Source: Candidatus Electronema halotolerans
GTDB lineage: Bacteria > Desulfobacterota > Desulfobulbia > Desulfobulbales > Desulfobulbaceae
Direction: 5' to 3'
Length of the DNA stretch: 32,000 nt
Assembly (NCBI GenBank): GCA_942493095.1
Contig: OW818675.1
Location: 840,001-872,000 of the forward strand
Position numbers and translations under genes: made by a program. Position 1 is the first letter of the stretch. Every line of letters starts with the position of its first letter. Positions 17,396-26,868 of the stretch are shown piece by piece. Below the pieces are notes generated by a model. That model had not been told where the DNA came from. It saw nothing but the letters and a program-made list of their open reading frames with translations, and searched no databases.

Positions 17396-18736
17396 TCATT
17401 CTTCTCGCGGCTCCTGCACTTTGGCCTCCAGCAGCTCTTTACTGAACGGCTCCAGATTGCTGCCGACTGCGGCCAGCAGTTGACTTTCCATCTGATGACA
17501 GGCGACAACCGCCTGCGCCAGCCTGCCATGCGTGGCAGTCAGGTCCCGCTGGGCCTCGTTGAGCCGAGTCAGCGAAGCCGCGCCTGCCTCGTATTCGCTT
17601 TTAGCCAATTTTCGGTTCTCCTCCACCAAGGCCACAGTGTCCTTTTGGAGCTGCACCTGCTGGCGGGCCGCAGCCAGCTTGGTCAGTTCTTGCCGCACCT
17701 CAGCGGCAATGCTGTTGCGCAGGGCGGCCCGACTGTAGATGGCCTCGCGCTTGGCCTGCCGAGCCGCAACTGCCGCCGCTTCCACAGCCCCGCCTGAGTA
17801 CAGATTCCAGCTCATGCTCAGAGTCAGGGTGCTGCCAAAGTCATCGGTTTCAGGAAACAGTTTATTCTGACTGCTGCCGCCGACCTGCCCCTGCACTTTG
17901 ACCTTGGGCGCATCATCTGTCTCAGCCAGCCGCACCGCCGCTTCCGCCGCCTTGATCTGCATGGTCAATTTCTGATAATCAGGCCGTTTCTGCAAGGCTT
18001 GACTGATCAAGGCCTCCGCATTCTTCTGCACAGCCGGACCGCAGCTATTGTCCAAATCAGCCAAATCAGGCAATGCGTCATCCTCAATGCCGAGCAAAGC
18101 GGCCAGACCGCTGCGGGCTGCCGCATGGTCGCGCTGGCCGGTGAGCACGCTGTTTTTGGCTGTATTGACCTGCACTTTGATGTTGAGCACATCGCCCCAG
18201 GAGCCTGCGCCAGCATCAAAGCGATGCTGGGCATCAGAAAGCTGCTGCTCGTAAAATTTCTGATCCGCGTCAGCAATGTCAATCGAGGCTTTGGCCAGCT
18301 GGGCATTGAAGAAGGCATCCGCGACCGAGGAAAGCAGCAGCCGCTGGCTGTCCAATTTGCCCTCAACCGACGCGCTTTCACTGTGCTTGGCCTGCAATTC
18401 CTGAAACTTGCGGGCATAGCCGTCAAAGAGCAGCCACGAGGCTTGCAGGCCAAGCTGACTGTTTTTGCCCGTTGAATCAGAGACCGGCCCGCTGTCCACT
18501 TGATACGACAGGCCAAAGGAGCCAATCGCATCCACACTGGGCTGCCAGGCCGCTGCCGCCTGTTTCACTTTGGCTTTGGCCTGCTCAATCCGGGCTTGAG
18601 CCGCGCCAATGCTGGGATTGCCCTGCAAGGCGATCTGCTGGACCTCCCGCAGGTCAATGGTCTTGGGCGGTGTTGCGCCTGGGGCCGGACTGCATGCCAG
18701 ACCAAGCAACAGCAGAGCAAGGGACAGTTTTTTCAT
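17396..18736 (-). CDS. TolC family outer membrane efflux protein
   Basis: Signal peptide MKKLSLALLLLGLACSPAPGA, repeated OEP-type coiled segments, NLYSGGAVEAAAVAARQAKREA. The start at MKKL overlaps the upstream stop (ATGA). Confidence 0.85.
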   Translation of the reverse strand: MKKLSLALLLLGLACSPAPGATPPKTIDLREVQQIALQGNPSIGAAQARIEQAKAKVKQAAAAWQPSVDAIGSFGLSYQVDSGPVSDSTGKNSQLGLQASWLLFDGYARKFQELQAKHSESASVEGKLDSQRLLLSSVADAFFNAQLAKASIDIADADQKFYEQQLSDAQHRFDAGAGSWGDVLNIKVQVNTAKNSVLTGQRDHAAARSGLAALLGIEDDALPDLADLDNSCGPAVQKNAEALISQALQKRPDYQKLTMQIKAAEAAVRLAETDDAPKVKVQGQVGGSSQNKLFPETDDFGSTLTLSMSWNLYSGGAVEAAAVAARQAKREAIYSRAALRNSIAAEVRQELTKLAAARQQVQLQKDTVALVEENRKLAKSEYEAGAASLTRLNEAQRDLTATHGRLAQAVVACHQMESQLLAAVGSNLEPFSKELLEAKVQEPREE

Positions 18737-19746
18737 CGCTTTTCCTGCGGCCCGATGGACGGGCATTCTCTTGGCGGCCCGGCAGGCCGTGGGGGAGGAG
18801 GCGGGGGAAGAGTATTCACTTGAGCATCTGTGAGCCTTTTTTCCGGCAGCAGCTTCTGCTCAATGATCTCCGAGACAGTGCGGCTTTTTTCCCCCTGCGG
18901 ATCAACGCGGTGGAGGAAGTCGAGATAGGCAAGAAAGTCTTGCAGCTCATGTGGCGAGCTGTGGTTGACAATACCATAAACACCGGAACGCATGGAGCTG
19001 AAAACGTTTTCCGCCGCCTGCGCTTCCCTCATGAAATAGTGGGTCAGCCATTTCCGCTCAATGCCATTATACATGCCGACGCTGAGATAGTCATTCCTGC
19101 CCTTGCTTGGCTCCATGTCCGGCTCAAAGCGGCCCGGCTCGCCGTAGTTGGCAAAGCCGGAGCAGGTGTCATAGATGATCGCGTCGGGCAGCGCATTTTT
19201 GCGGCCCTCATCATTCATGCAGCCGGATTTGACCGCAGGATTGAGCCGCCGCAGTTTGGCGGTTAAATCAGTCAAGGTGCCGTAATAGGTTTCATCACCA
19301 AAACAAGCTTGAAAGTCATGGCCACCCGCCCTCTTCCGCTCTGCCTCGGCTTCAGACCGGGGCAGCGCGGAATAGCCGTCCCAGTTGCCATGCCCGACGC
19401 TATGATGATGCGCAGCGATTTCATGACCGCTCTTTTTCCAGCGTTCCAGCGCGGCGGCCCGCTCTTTGTCTGCCAAGAGATAGTCTGCCCACTGTGGCGC
19501 GAACATGAGGGTGAGCTTGATATCGTATTCATCAGCCTTGGCAATCATCTTCGTGAGGATGCGGTATGATTCCTCAGTGAAGAGGCGGTTCTGCTCATGA
19601 TTGAACGGCTCGTTGTGGATGGCGATAAAGTACCAAGGAATGCTGGTCTTCTTCTCCTGCGGCTCCGCTGCGCCGCAGCAGGTTGCCACTGTCATGAGGG
19701 CGAGGCCGACAAGAGCTGCCCATTTTTCTTTTGTCCAGATATTCAT
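18733..19746 (-). CDS. Exported polysaccharide deacetylase-like protein
   Basis: N-terminal signal-like segment. WKKSGHEIAAHHHSVGHG is reminiscent of the HxxxH metal-binding motif of NodB-type deacetylases. Proline-rich C-terminus (PPPPPPPRPAGPP). Confidence 0.5.
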   Translation of the reverse strand: MNIWTKEKWAALVGLALMTVATCCGAAEPQEKKTSIPWYFIAIHNEPFNHEQNRLFTEESYRILTKMIAKADEYDIKLTLMFAPQWADYLLADKERAAALERWKKSGHEIAAHHHSVGHGNWDGYSALPRSEAEAERKRAGGHDFQACFGDETYYGTLTDLTAKLRRLNPAVKSGCMNDEGRKNALPDAIIYDTCSGFANYGEPGRFEPDMEPSKGRNDYLSVGMYNGIERKWLTHYFMREAQAAENVFSSMRSGVYGIVNHSSPHELQDFLAYLDFLHRVDPQGEKSRTVSEIIEQKLLPEKRLTDAQVNTLPPPPPPRPAGPPRECPSIGPQEKR

Positions 19747-19880
19747 TGATTTGTGTCAGAGCAGGTTCCGCCCTCCGGGCTGTTGCCGCCGCATTGGCCG
19801 ATGAGATTATGAGGCCCGCAGGCGGCAATGAAAAAGGCAAGGGCGGCGGCGCAGAACAGCAGTTTAAGCATGGTTTTCAT
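19743..19880 (-). CDS. Small lipoprotein, 45 aa (not in supplied ORF track)
   Basis: AAGGAGGAG Shine-Dalgarno then MKTMLKLLFCAAALAFFIAACGPHNLIGQCGGNSPEGGTCSDTNQ*. Lipobox-like IAAC. The stop overlaps the downstream ATG (ATGA). Confidence 0.75.
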   Translation of the reverse strand: MKTMLKLLFCAAALAFFIAACGPHNLIGQCGGNSPEGGTCSDTNQ

Positions 19881-20116
19881 GTTCTCCTCCTTGAGTTGTG
19901 GTCAGCAGGAATAGCGCGGCTGGTGTCGTTTGTTTCACTATAGAACTGCTGCCGTGCTTGTCAAGCGCAAAGGGCTGCGACGCAGGAGAATCAAAGCGCA
20001 GCGGGCCGCGAGTTTGACAACCTTGCGAATAAGGATGGTCTCCTCTTGAGCGCGGCTGAATAATTGTTTATCCTTCTGTGTGTGTCAACTGGTTATCGGC
20101 AAAGAAGGAGGAGAAT

Positions 20117-20188
20117 ATGGCTGAACTTGCGAAAGCCGGTGATTTCTGTCCGAACCGTGCCCGTGCAGGCGTTCGGTGTTTTCCATGA
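20117..20188 (+). CDS. Putative 23-aa leader ORF upstream of mnmA
   Basis: AAGGAGGAG Shine-Dalgarno, ATG 20117, MAELAKAGDFCPNRARAGVRCFP*; its TGA overlaps the mnmA ATG at 20185. Confidence 0.4.
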   Translation: MAELAKAGDFCPNRARAGVRCFP

Positions 20189-21198
20189 AGACTGTCGGCA
20201 TTGCCCTGAGCGGCGGGGTGGATTCCACCACTGCCGCTGCTCTATTGCTCAAGCAGGGCCTGACAGTGGAAGGCTTTTTCATGCTCCTGCTGCCGGAGAG
20301 CGAAAAACAGGTCGGCAAAGTTCAGCTTGTTGCTGACCAGCTCGGCATTGCCCTGCATCTTGTTGATCTGCGCCAGCAGTTCCAAGAGCAGATCATCGCC
20401 GCCTTTGCCGCTGCCTATCAGCAGGGCCTGACTCCCAATCCCTGCGTGGTTTGCAACGAGCTGATCAAAGGCGGCCTGCTCATGGAGGCGATGCTTGCCC
20501 ACGGCATGGAGGCGATGGCCACTGGCCATTATGCGCAGATCAGAAACGGCAGGCTCTGCCGGGGCAGCGATCCCAGCAAAGATCAATCCTATTTCCTCTG
20601 CCGCCTTGCTGCTGATCAGCTCGCCCGGCTCATCCTGCCACTCGGCGCGTGGCGCAAGGAAGATGTTTTCGCTCAAGCGCGGGCATTGGGCTTCCAGCAT
20701 TTTGACGGCAGCGAGAGCCAAGATGTCTGCTTTTTGGCCGGGCAGACCTTAGCTGCTTTTCTTGCCGAGCAAGGCGTGGCCAGCCGCAGCGGCGAAATCG
20801 TGACAGCGGACGGCAGGATTTTGGGAGAGCACCAAGGCTGCTGGCAATACACAGTCGGGCAGCGGCGGGGCTTGGGCCTTCCTGATGCAACTCCGTGGTA
20901 TGTGATCGCACTTGATGCGCAGCGCAATCAAGTGATCGTCGGCAAAAATGAGGAGCTGTTCCAGCGCGGGCTGCTCCTGACGGATCTGCGTTGGCAAATT
21001 GCGCCGCCGGAACAGTGGCAGGGCTTGGTTCAGCTTCGTTCACGCCACCGGGCGGCAGAGGCCCAAGTCATGCCTGCGGCCCAGGACTGCTGGCGGGTCT
21101 GCTTTGCCGAGCCGCAGCGGGCGATCACGCCGGGCCAGTTCGCGGTCTTGTATGAAAATGACGCTGTGGCTGGTTCAGGTGTGATCAGGCAGGCATGA
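20185..21198 (+). CDS. mnmA: tRNA-specific 2-thiouridylase
   Basis: VGIALSGGVDSTTAAALL, LTPNPCVVCNELIKGG, ATGHYAQI, DPSKDQSYFL, SQDVCFL and TVGQRRGLGL are classical MnmA motifs. ATG at 20185; the track starts at a GTG at 20176. Confidence 0.95.
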   Translation: MKTVGIALSGGVDSTTAAALLLKQGLTVEGFFMLLLPESEKQVGKVQLVADQLGIALHLVDLRQQFQEQIIAAFAAAYQQGLTPNPCVVCNELIKGGLLMEAMLAHGMEAMATGHYAQIRNGRLCRGSDPSKDQSYFLCRLAADQLARLILPLGAWRKEDVFAQARALGFQHFDGSESQDVCFLAGQTLAAFLAEQGVASRSGEIVTADGRILGEHQGCWQYTVGQRRGLGLPDATPWYVIALDAQRNQVIVGKNEELFQRGLLLTDLRWQIAPPEQWQGLVQLRSRHRAAEAQVMPAAQDCWRVCFAEPQRAITPGQFAVLYENDAVAGSGVIRQA

Positions 21199-21291
21199 GT
21201 TGCAATCATCGTCTCTGGATGCTACCATTGACACACGATTTGAACCGCAAATTCAAAGCAAACATTTCTGAGCGCAACCAAGGAGGAGTGC

Positions 21292-22467
21292 ATGGACAAC
21301 AAGGCATCTGATAGCGGTATTATTACCGAATTTCTCAAAATGGAGGCAGCGGGTGGCATCCTGCTCATGGCGGCAATGGTGCTGGCCATCATCAGTGCCA
21401 ACAGCTTTCTCTCTCCGTTGTATGACGGCCTTTTTTCCGCTGAGATACTCGGCCTTTCCGTGACCACATGGATCAACGACGGCCCGATGGCGGTCTTTTT
21501 TTTCTTAGTTGGCTTGGAGCTGAAACGGGAATTTCTCGACGGCGAGCTGTCAGATCGAAAAAAGGTCATGCTGCCGGTGATCGGCGCGGTCGGTGGAATG
21601 CTCTTTCCCGCCCTGATTTATGTGCTTTTCAACTGGGGCGATGACAAAGCCGTGCATGGCTGGGCCATTCCCGCCGCCACAGACATCGCCTTTGCCTTGG
21701 GCGTGCTCAGTCTGCTCGGCCCCAAGGTGCCGAACGCGCTGAAAGTCTTTCTCACCTCGCTGGCGATTTTTGACGACATGGGCGCAGTGCTGATCATCGC
21801 CTTGTTCTACACCGCCAAAATTTCCGTCCTTGCCTTGGCATTTGCCGCCCTCTTGGTGCTGGTGCTGGCCGCTCTCAACAGCTTGAATGTGACTAAGAAA
21901 ATACCCTATATCGCGGTCGGCCTGCTCCTCTGGTTCGCCACGCTGAAATCCGGGGTGCATGCCACTGTTGCCGGCGTGGTGCTGGCCATGTTCATTCCTC
22001 TGAAGGGCAAAAATGAAGCCGAAGCTTCACCGCTGAAAAGTCTGGAGCATGACCTGCATTCCTTTGTCGCCTTCATCATTCTGCCGATTTTCGCCTTTGC
22101 CAATTCCGGCATTGACCTGCGCGGCATGGGCATGGCGCAGGTGTTTGACAGTGTGCCGGTCGGCGTGGCTCTGGGCCTGTTTTTTGGCAAGCAGGCCGGA
22201 ATTTTTGCGGTCTGCTGGCTGGCAGTCAAGTTCGGCCTGGCCCAGCTGCCCAAGGAGGTGAACTGGACCAATCTCTACGGAGTCTGCGCCCTCTGCGGCA
22301 TCGGCTTCACCATGAGTCTGTTCGTCGGCTCCTTGGCCTTTCCAGGCGAGCAGCCCTTTGATGAACGCATCGGCATTATTGCCGGTTCCCTGCTTTCCGG
22401 CCTTGTCGGCTATGCTGTCCTGCATTTTTCCAAAGACGGCAGGAACGCCTTGGCAAACCCGGCCTGA
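21292..22467 (+). CDS. nhaA: Na+/H+ antiporter NhaA
   Basis: AAGGAGGAG Shine-Dalgarno. GPMAVFFFLVGLELKREFLDGELSD, AIPAATDIAFALGVLSLLG, SLAIFDDMGAVLIIALFYT and CGIGFTMSLFVGSLAF. Confidence 0.96.
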   Translation: MDNKASDSGIITEFLKMEAAGGILLMAAMVLAIISANSFLSPLYDGLFSAEILGLSVTTWINDGPMAVFFFLVGLELKREFLDGELSDRKKVMLPVIGAVGGMLFPALIYVLFNWGDDKAVHGWAIPAATDIAFALGVLSLLGPKVPNALKVFLTSLAIFDDMGAVLIIALFYTAKISVLALAFAALLVLVLAALNSLNVTKKIPYIAVGLLLWFATLKSGVHATVAGVVLAMFIPLKGKNEAEASPLKSLEHDLHSFVAFIILPIFAFANSGIDLRGMGMAQVFDSVPVGVALGLFFGKQAGIFAVCWLAVKFGLAQLPKEVNWTNLYGVCALCGIGFTMSLFVGSLAFPGEQPFDERIGIIAGSLLSGLVGYAVLHFSKDGRNALANPA

Positions 22468-22527
22468 TCTGCCGCCATCACCACCAGCGAGCTGCGGGCA
22501 ATGCTCCCGGCTCGCTGCAACTCTCCG

Positions 22528-23202
22528 TTACTTCTTCTCCATCTGGGCGATAAAGGCGTTGGATTCAGCAATGGACGCATTCATTCTGCTGATCAAGGTC
22601 TGGATATTCTCTTTCAGGCCAGCAAATTCCGTGCGTAATGAGCCAATTGCCTGCGCATTGAGATTGTGCTTGAGAAAAAGGACATTGTCATGAAAAATGC
22701 GCAGAACTGGAGCCATGCTCTTTTCCGCCGTCCGCATCGAGGCCAGCATGTCCCGGTAGCGGGATTTGGTCTCCCTGAGCTGCTGCCTGCTGTTCGCCTG
22801 CAAGGTTTTATTTTCGTACTGATCTAACTCCTCCTGCCATTCCTCAAACAGGTCTTCAGCAACTTTGTCAACTTTGTCAATCCGATCTGAAACAGCTTCG
22901 CTTGCCTTCTCACAGTCAAGATATTCGTCATTGAGCTTGTCGTAGGCTTTTTTCAAATCCGTCTCTTTCAGCTCCACCACAGAAGCAAACTGCTCCAAGG
23001 CGGATTTGAACTGTTCCTGCGCCTCGGTCTGCGCATCCCGTGCGCCCTCGACCCGATCAACCAAAATGTCCCGCTTGTGAATGCCGACTTTTTCCATAGC
23101 CGAGTAATAGGTATTTGAGCAGCCGCCCGTGCAGCCGCTAAGAAGCAGAATAATGAAAAACAGCGCGGCAGTTCTGCCATTGCTTTGTTTGGCAAAAGAC
23201 AT
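22528..23202 (-). CDS. DUF2959-like lipoprotein with coiled coil
   Basis: Lipobox LLSGC, then SNTYYSAMEKVGIHKRDILVDRVEGARDAQTEAQEQFKSALEQF, the typical start of DUF2959 proteins. Confidence 0.8.
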   Translation of the reverse strand: MSFAKQSNGRTAALFFIILLLSGCTGGCSNTYYSAMEKVGIHKRDILVDRVEGARDAQTEAQEQFKSALEQFASVVELKETDLKKAYDKLNDEYLDCEKASEAVSDRIDKVDKVAEDLFEEWQEELDQYENKTLQANSRQQLRETKSRYRDMLASMRTAEKSMAPVLRIFHDNVLFLKHNLNAQAIGSLRTEFAGLKENIQTLISRMNASIAESNAFIAQMEKK

Positions 23203-23580
23203 TTTTTCCCCTCCCTTTGCATAAAAAATAACATCAGTCGTTGGCTACTGGTTGCGGTCATCGCCGCAGTCTTCCAGCTTGCCAGGCACATTTATCGGTC
23301 AAACAGAGCGAAGAATCTACCCGGCCAGCAGCAGATGTCAAGAGCAATCTGTCAAGTGTTCCAGGAACTCAGAACAGGAAGGCAGCCTTGCGGCCTGCCG
23401 CAGAAAAAAGAGAGCAACATCTTGTTTCGATTTTTAAAAAGAACGCTGGTCAGAGATTCAACCGGGCCGATTTTTTTTGTCCTTGACAGAACCCCCTGTT
23501 TTATAGTCTATTAAACATCTTGCGTGAAACACGCCGATGATCTATTTGTCACTGATTTCAGATATAACAGGAGGACAGGC

Positions 23581-23892
23581 ATGTATGCCATAGTGCGGAC
23601 TGGCGGAAAACAGTATCAGGTTGCGGTTGGCGACCGGCTGAAGGTGGAGAAACTTGAAGGCGAAGTCGGCGACACAGTGGAGCTGGCTGACGTGCTCTTG
23701 GTGGCTGACGGCGACAACGTCTCCATTGGCGCGCCAGTGATTGATGGAGCCAAGGTGGTCGCCAGGATCGCCGAGCAGGGCCGGGCCAAGAAAGTGCTGG
23801 TCTTCAAAAAGAAACGACGGAAAAACTATCAGGTGCTGCGCGGGCACCGTCAGCAGTTCACTGCCCTGAGCATTGAGCAGATCATGCAGTGA
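23581..23892 (+). CDS. rplU: 50S ribosomal protein L21
   Basis: MYAIVRTGGKQYQVAVGDRLKVEKL... KRRKNYQVLRGHRQQFT; GGAGG Shine-Dalgarno before 23581. Confidence 0.96.
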   Translation: MYAIVRTGGKQYQVAVGDRLKVEKLEGEVGDTVELADVLLVADGDNVSIGAPVIDGAKVVARIAEQGRAKKVLVFKKKRRKNYQVLRGHRQQFTALSIEQIMQ

Positions 23893-23947
23893 GGACAGCT
23901 AACTGACTTTTTTTCTCATTCCTTTTTAATTTTCTTGGAGAACCTTC

Positions 23948-24259
23948 ATGGCCCATAAAAAAGCAGGCGGCAGTTCGAGAAACGGTCGCGACAGTGCAGG
24001 ACAGCGGCGCGGAGTGAAACGCTTCGGCGGCCAGAGCGTGACAGCAGGCAGCATTCTGGTGCGGCAGCTCGGCACCAGAATTCATCCTGGCACCAATGTC
24101 GGCTGCGGACGCGACTACACCCTGTTTGCCAAGATCGACGGGATTGTTCAGTATGAGAAGTTTGGCAAAGACCGCAAGCGGGTCTCAGTGTATCCTGTAG
24201 CGGAAGCTGATGCTTCCTGTTCCTGCGCCCAGCAGCAACAATGCGGAGCAGACTGCTGA
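23948..24259 (+). CDS. rpmA: 50S ribosomal protein L27 with Cys-rich C-terminal extension
   Basis: [48 protein letters not shown]...RVSVYPV, followed by an atypical [19 protein letters not shown]. Confidence 0.96.
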   Translation: MAHKKAGGSSRNGRDSAGQRRGVKRFGGQSVTAGSILVRQLGTRIHPGTNVGCGRDYTLFAKIDGIVQYEKFGKDRKRVSVYPVAEADASCSCAQQQQCGADC

Positions 24260-24290
24260 ATTTTCCGGCGGCGGCGCAGGCTGGAACAGC

Positions 24291-24327
24291 AACCCGATGC
24301 CAGTTCTGTGGTGTCGGGTTTTTTTTA
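24291..24327 (+). terminator. Rho-independent terminator after rpmA
   Basis: AACCCGAtgCC...GGtgTCGGGTT followed by TTTTTT. Confidence 0.85.
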
Positions 24328-24347
24328 TGGGCATGATCAATAGTCCG

Positions 24348-25496
24348 TCATCCTGATGCGGTGCGGCTTTTTCGCAACGCAGCCAAGGTCTGCATTGCAG
24401 TCCGCTGCCACGTGAATGCTTCAGCCCAAGCCCTGCCCAGTTCAGCCCGGCGGTTGCGCTCCTGCGCAGACAACCGCAGCAAATCTTTGATTTTGTCAGC
24501 CAGCAGCTCCGGCTCCGGCGCATCAACATAACACGCTGCCGCACCGCCAACTTCCGGCAGCGAAGCCGCCTTCACTGTCACCACTGGCAGCCCGGCCAGC
24601 AAGGCCTCAAGCACGGGCAGGCCAAATCCCTCATAGCTCGACGGAAGAACAAAGACTGCCGCAGCCTGATACAGCGTCCGCAATTCCTCTTCCGTCAGTC
24701 CATGCAGGCGCAGCACCCGCTCCGGGCTGCTGATCTTGAGCAGGCTTTTTCTGACCGCCTCCTCGCCACGCCGCGCCTTGCCGACCATAACTAACTGATG
24801 CGGCATTTCGTCTTGCAGCAGCGCAACAGCATCAATTAACTTATCAATATTTTTATGCGGATAGCTGTGCGCCACGCAGAGCAGGAACCGAGGTTGGACA
24901 TGCAGGCGGCCCAGAATCTGTTCCGTTTGCTCTGGTGCCAGCCGATGTTGGGCAAAATTGTTGCTCACGCCCAGCAGCACAGCATGAACTTTTTCCGGCG
25001 GAGCAAAACCGTATTTGATCACCTCCTGCCGGGAGAACTCGGAGATGGTCAGCACAGTTTGACAGCGGCTACAGGCTGTCCTGACCAAGATATCCAAGAC
25101 AGTGCGCTCCAGCCAGCTCATGTCTTGAGGATAGCTTTTATATTGCAGATCACAGACCGTCACGGCCTGCGGCGAAAAGCAGACTGCCGGAGCCGTGTAA
25201 CCCGGTGACCAGAGCACATCAACCGCTGCTTTACGGGCCGCAAAAGGAAGCAGGAATTGCTCGGCAAGAATCCGCACAGGCCGCACAGCCGCCTTGCAGG
25301 GAATTTGCTGCAATTCGACCTGCGGAAACGCGGCTAAGTCCGTGCGCAGAAGTTGGTCGTTCTCCTTGTTGGTGAACAGAACCAGCGTGTCATTTGCAGC
25401 CAGCTCCGCCATAGCCTTGACAGTTTCACGCAAATAAACTTCTGTGCCGCCCACATCACCGGGCACAAGAAACAGGGTGTTGATGCCTATGCGCAT
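24348..25496 (-). CDS. Glycosyltransferase family 4 (GT-B) protein
   Basis: PGDVGGTEVYLRETVKAMA, ERVLRLHGLTEEELRTLYQAAAVFVLPSSYEGFGLPVLEALLAGLPVV. Confidence 0.93.
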   Translation of the reverse strand: MRIGINTLFLVPGDVGGTEVYLRETVKAMAELAANDTLVLFTNKENDQLLRTDLAAFPQVELQQIPCKAAVRPVRILAEQFLLPFAARKAAVDVLWSPGYTAPAVCFSPQAVTVCDLQYKSYPQDMSWLERTVLDILVRTACSRCQTVLTISEFSRQEVIKYGFAPPEKVHAVLLGVSNNFAQHRLAPEQTEQILGRLHVQPRFLLCVAHSYPHKNIDKLIDAVALLQDEMPHQLVMVGKARRGEEAVRKSLLKISSPERVLRLHGLTEEELRTLYQAAAVFVLPSSYEGFGLPVLEALLAGLPVVTVKAASLPEVGGAAACYVDAPEPELLADKIKDLLRLSAQERNRRAELGRAWAEAFTWQRTAMQTLAALRKSRTASG

Positions 25497-26284
25497 GAGG
25501 TTCTCCTGCGGCTGGCCATGAGCGAGTAGATGCCGACAATGCCCCAGCGGACAAAAAAATGGGCAACAGCCTGTGGGCTGAAGCGGCCTGCATCAGCCTG
25601 TGCCGCCTCGTATTCCTCCCGGAACTGGGCCGCGAACTGCTGCCCGCTGATCGACTGCTCATGCCAGCGGAAGGCGGCCAAAGGTGCGCCCGGCACCTGC
25701 ACCGCCTCGCCGCTGCGCCAGAGCCGGAGGAGAAATTCGTAATCCCAAGCCGCAATCATGTCCTCCCGCAGCGGCCCGGCTTGGGCAAAGGCGGAGCGGC
25801 GGAAAAACAAGGCTGGCTGGGAGAGATAATTGATGCACTGGAATATGAAGCGGGAGGAGAGGGGATAAAAGAACTCCTTGAAGCGGGTGATGCCAGCCCG
25901 GATTTCCTGCCCCTGCGCATCAATGATCGGACAGCCGCCAAAGCATAAAGCCGACTCTGGCCTGCATTGCAGAGCCTGCCGCACCCGCCGCAGTGCGCCA
26001 GGATAATAGAAATCATCCGCATTCAGCCACGCCAAGACCTCGCCGTTAGCCGCAGCCAAGCCCTTGTTGATGGCATTGGCCGGGCCGCTGTCTGATTCAA
26101 TAATTATTCTGGCGAGCTGCTGGGAATATTTTTCTATAATCTCGTGCGAGTTGTCTGTGCTGCCGCCGTCAACAATGATATATTCCAGCTCAATCCCGTC
26201 ATCCGCCTGACTGATGACACTGCGCAGCGTCTGCTCCAGAAATTTGCCGCCATTGTAATTCGGGGTTATAATCGAGAACAGCAT
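25487..26284 (-). CDS. Glycosyltransferase family 2 (GT-A) protein
   Basis: FSIITPNYNGGKFLEQTLRSVISQ, EYIIVDGGSTDNSHEII, ESDSGPANAINKGLAAANGEVLAWLNADDFYYPGAL. The 3' end overlaps the GT4 ORF start by 10 bp. Confidence 0.95.
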   Translation of the reverse strand: MLFSIITPNYNGGKFLEQTLRSVISQADDGIELEYIIVDGGSTDNSHEIIEKYSQQLARIIIESDSGPANAINKGLAAANGEVLAWLNADDFYYPGALRRVRQALQCRPESALCFGGCPIIDAQGQEIRAGITRFKEFFYPLSSRFIFQCINYLSQPALFFRRSAFAQAGPLREDMIAAWDYEFLLRLWRSGEAVQVPGAPLAAFRWHEQSISGQQFAAQFREEYEAAQADAGRFSPQAVAHFFVRWGIVGIYSLMASRRRTSCA

Positions 26285-26868
26285 ATTGGTCTGATTTTTC
26301 CTTGCTTATCTCAAAATTTTCAGGACGGAACGCGACAGCGGTCACAGTTTTCTTGACAAATGCCCTTTTTACCGGGTTGGGATGAGCAGGCCGTTTCTGC
26401 CCGCTCCTCAAATAATAAGGTGTCAGGCGGATTTCGCAAGAAAAAAAGACGGCAGGATCATGTCCTGCGAAAACCGCGATTGCGCCGCAATCCTCTCCCG
26501 ATGGTTGACTTATGCCGACCAAGCTGCGAGACTATGACCGACGGCGTAAATCCTGCTTGCTTCAAGGCGTAAATCTGGTTACGTTCTGATTCGGTGCGTT
26601 GTCTGGCATTGCTTCGTGCGCGCTCCTTTTGTCAGGCCGTGAGACTTGCGTCATCATAAAACTGAAGCAGGATAACATCCCGTAATGTTTCCCGTCATTT
26701 TGGCGCGTTGCACGGGCAGACACAGCACTTGCCGGACAGGAAGGAAATTGCTTCCCAGCGCGGCATGGAGGATTCTTCCTGTTGACTTTGCTGCATTTCC
26801 TTTTTATGCTGCTTTCTGGCCTTCCTTTTTGATAAAGCAGGTGAAAAAAAACACGCTTCGCCATGCCC

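Noticed and set aside
18472-19266. 264-aa plus-strand ORF over the tolC/deacetylase-like junction
   Set aside because: Antisense to two coupled ORFs with signal peptides; no motifs.
23185-23514. 109-aa and 81-aa plus-strand ORFs upstream of rplU
   Set aside because: Overlapping frames with no motifs in a likely promoter/leader region for the L21-L27 operon.
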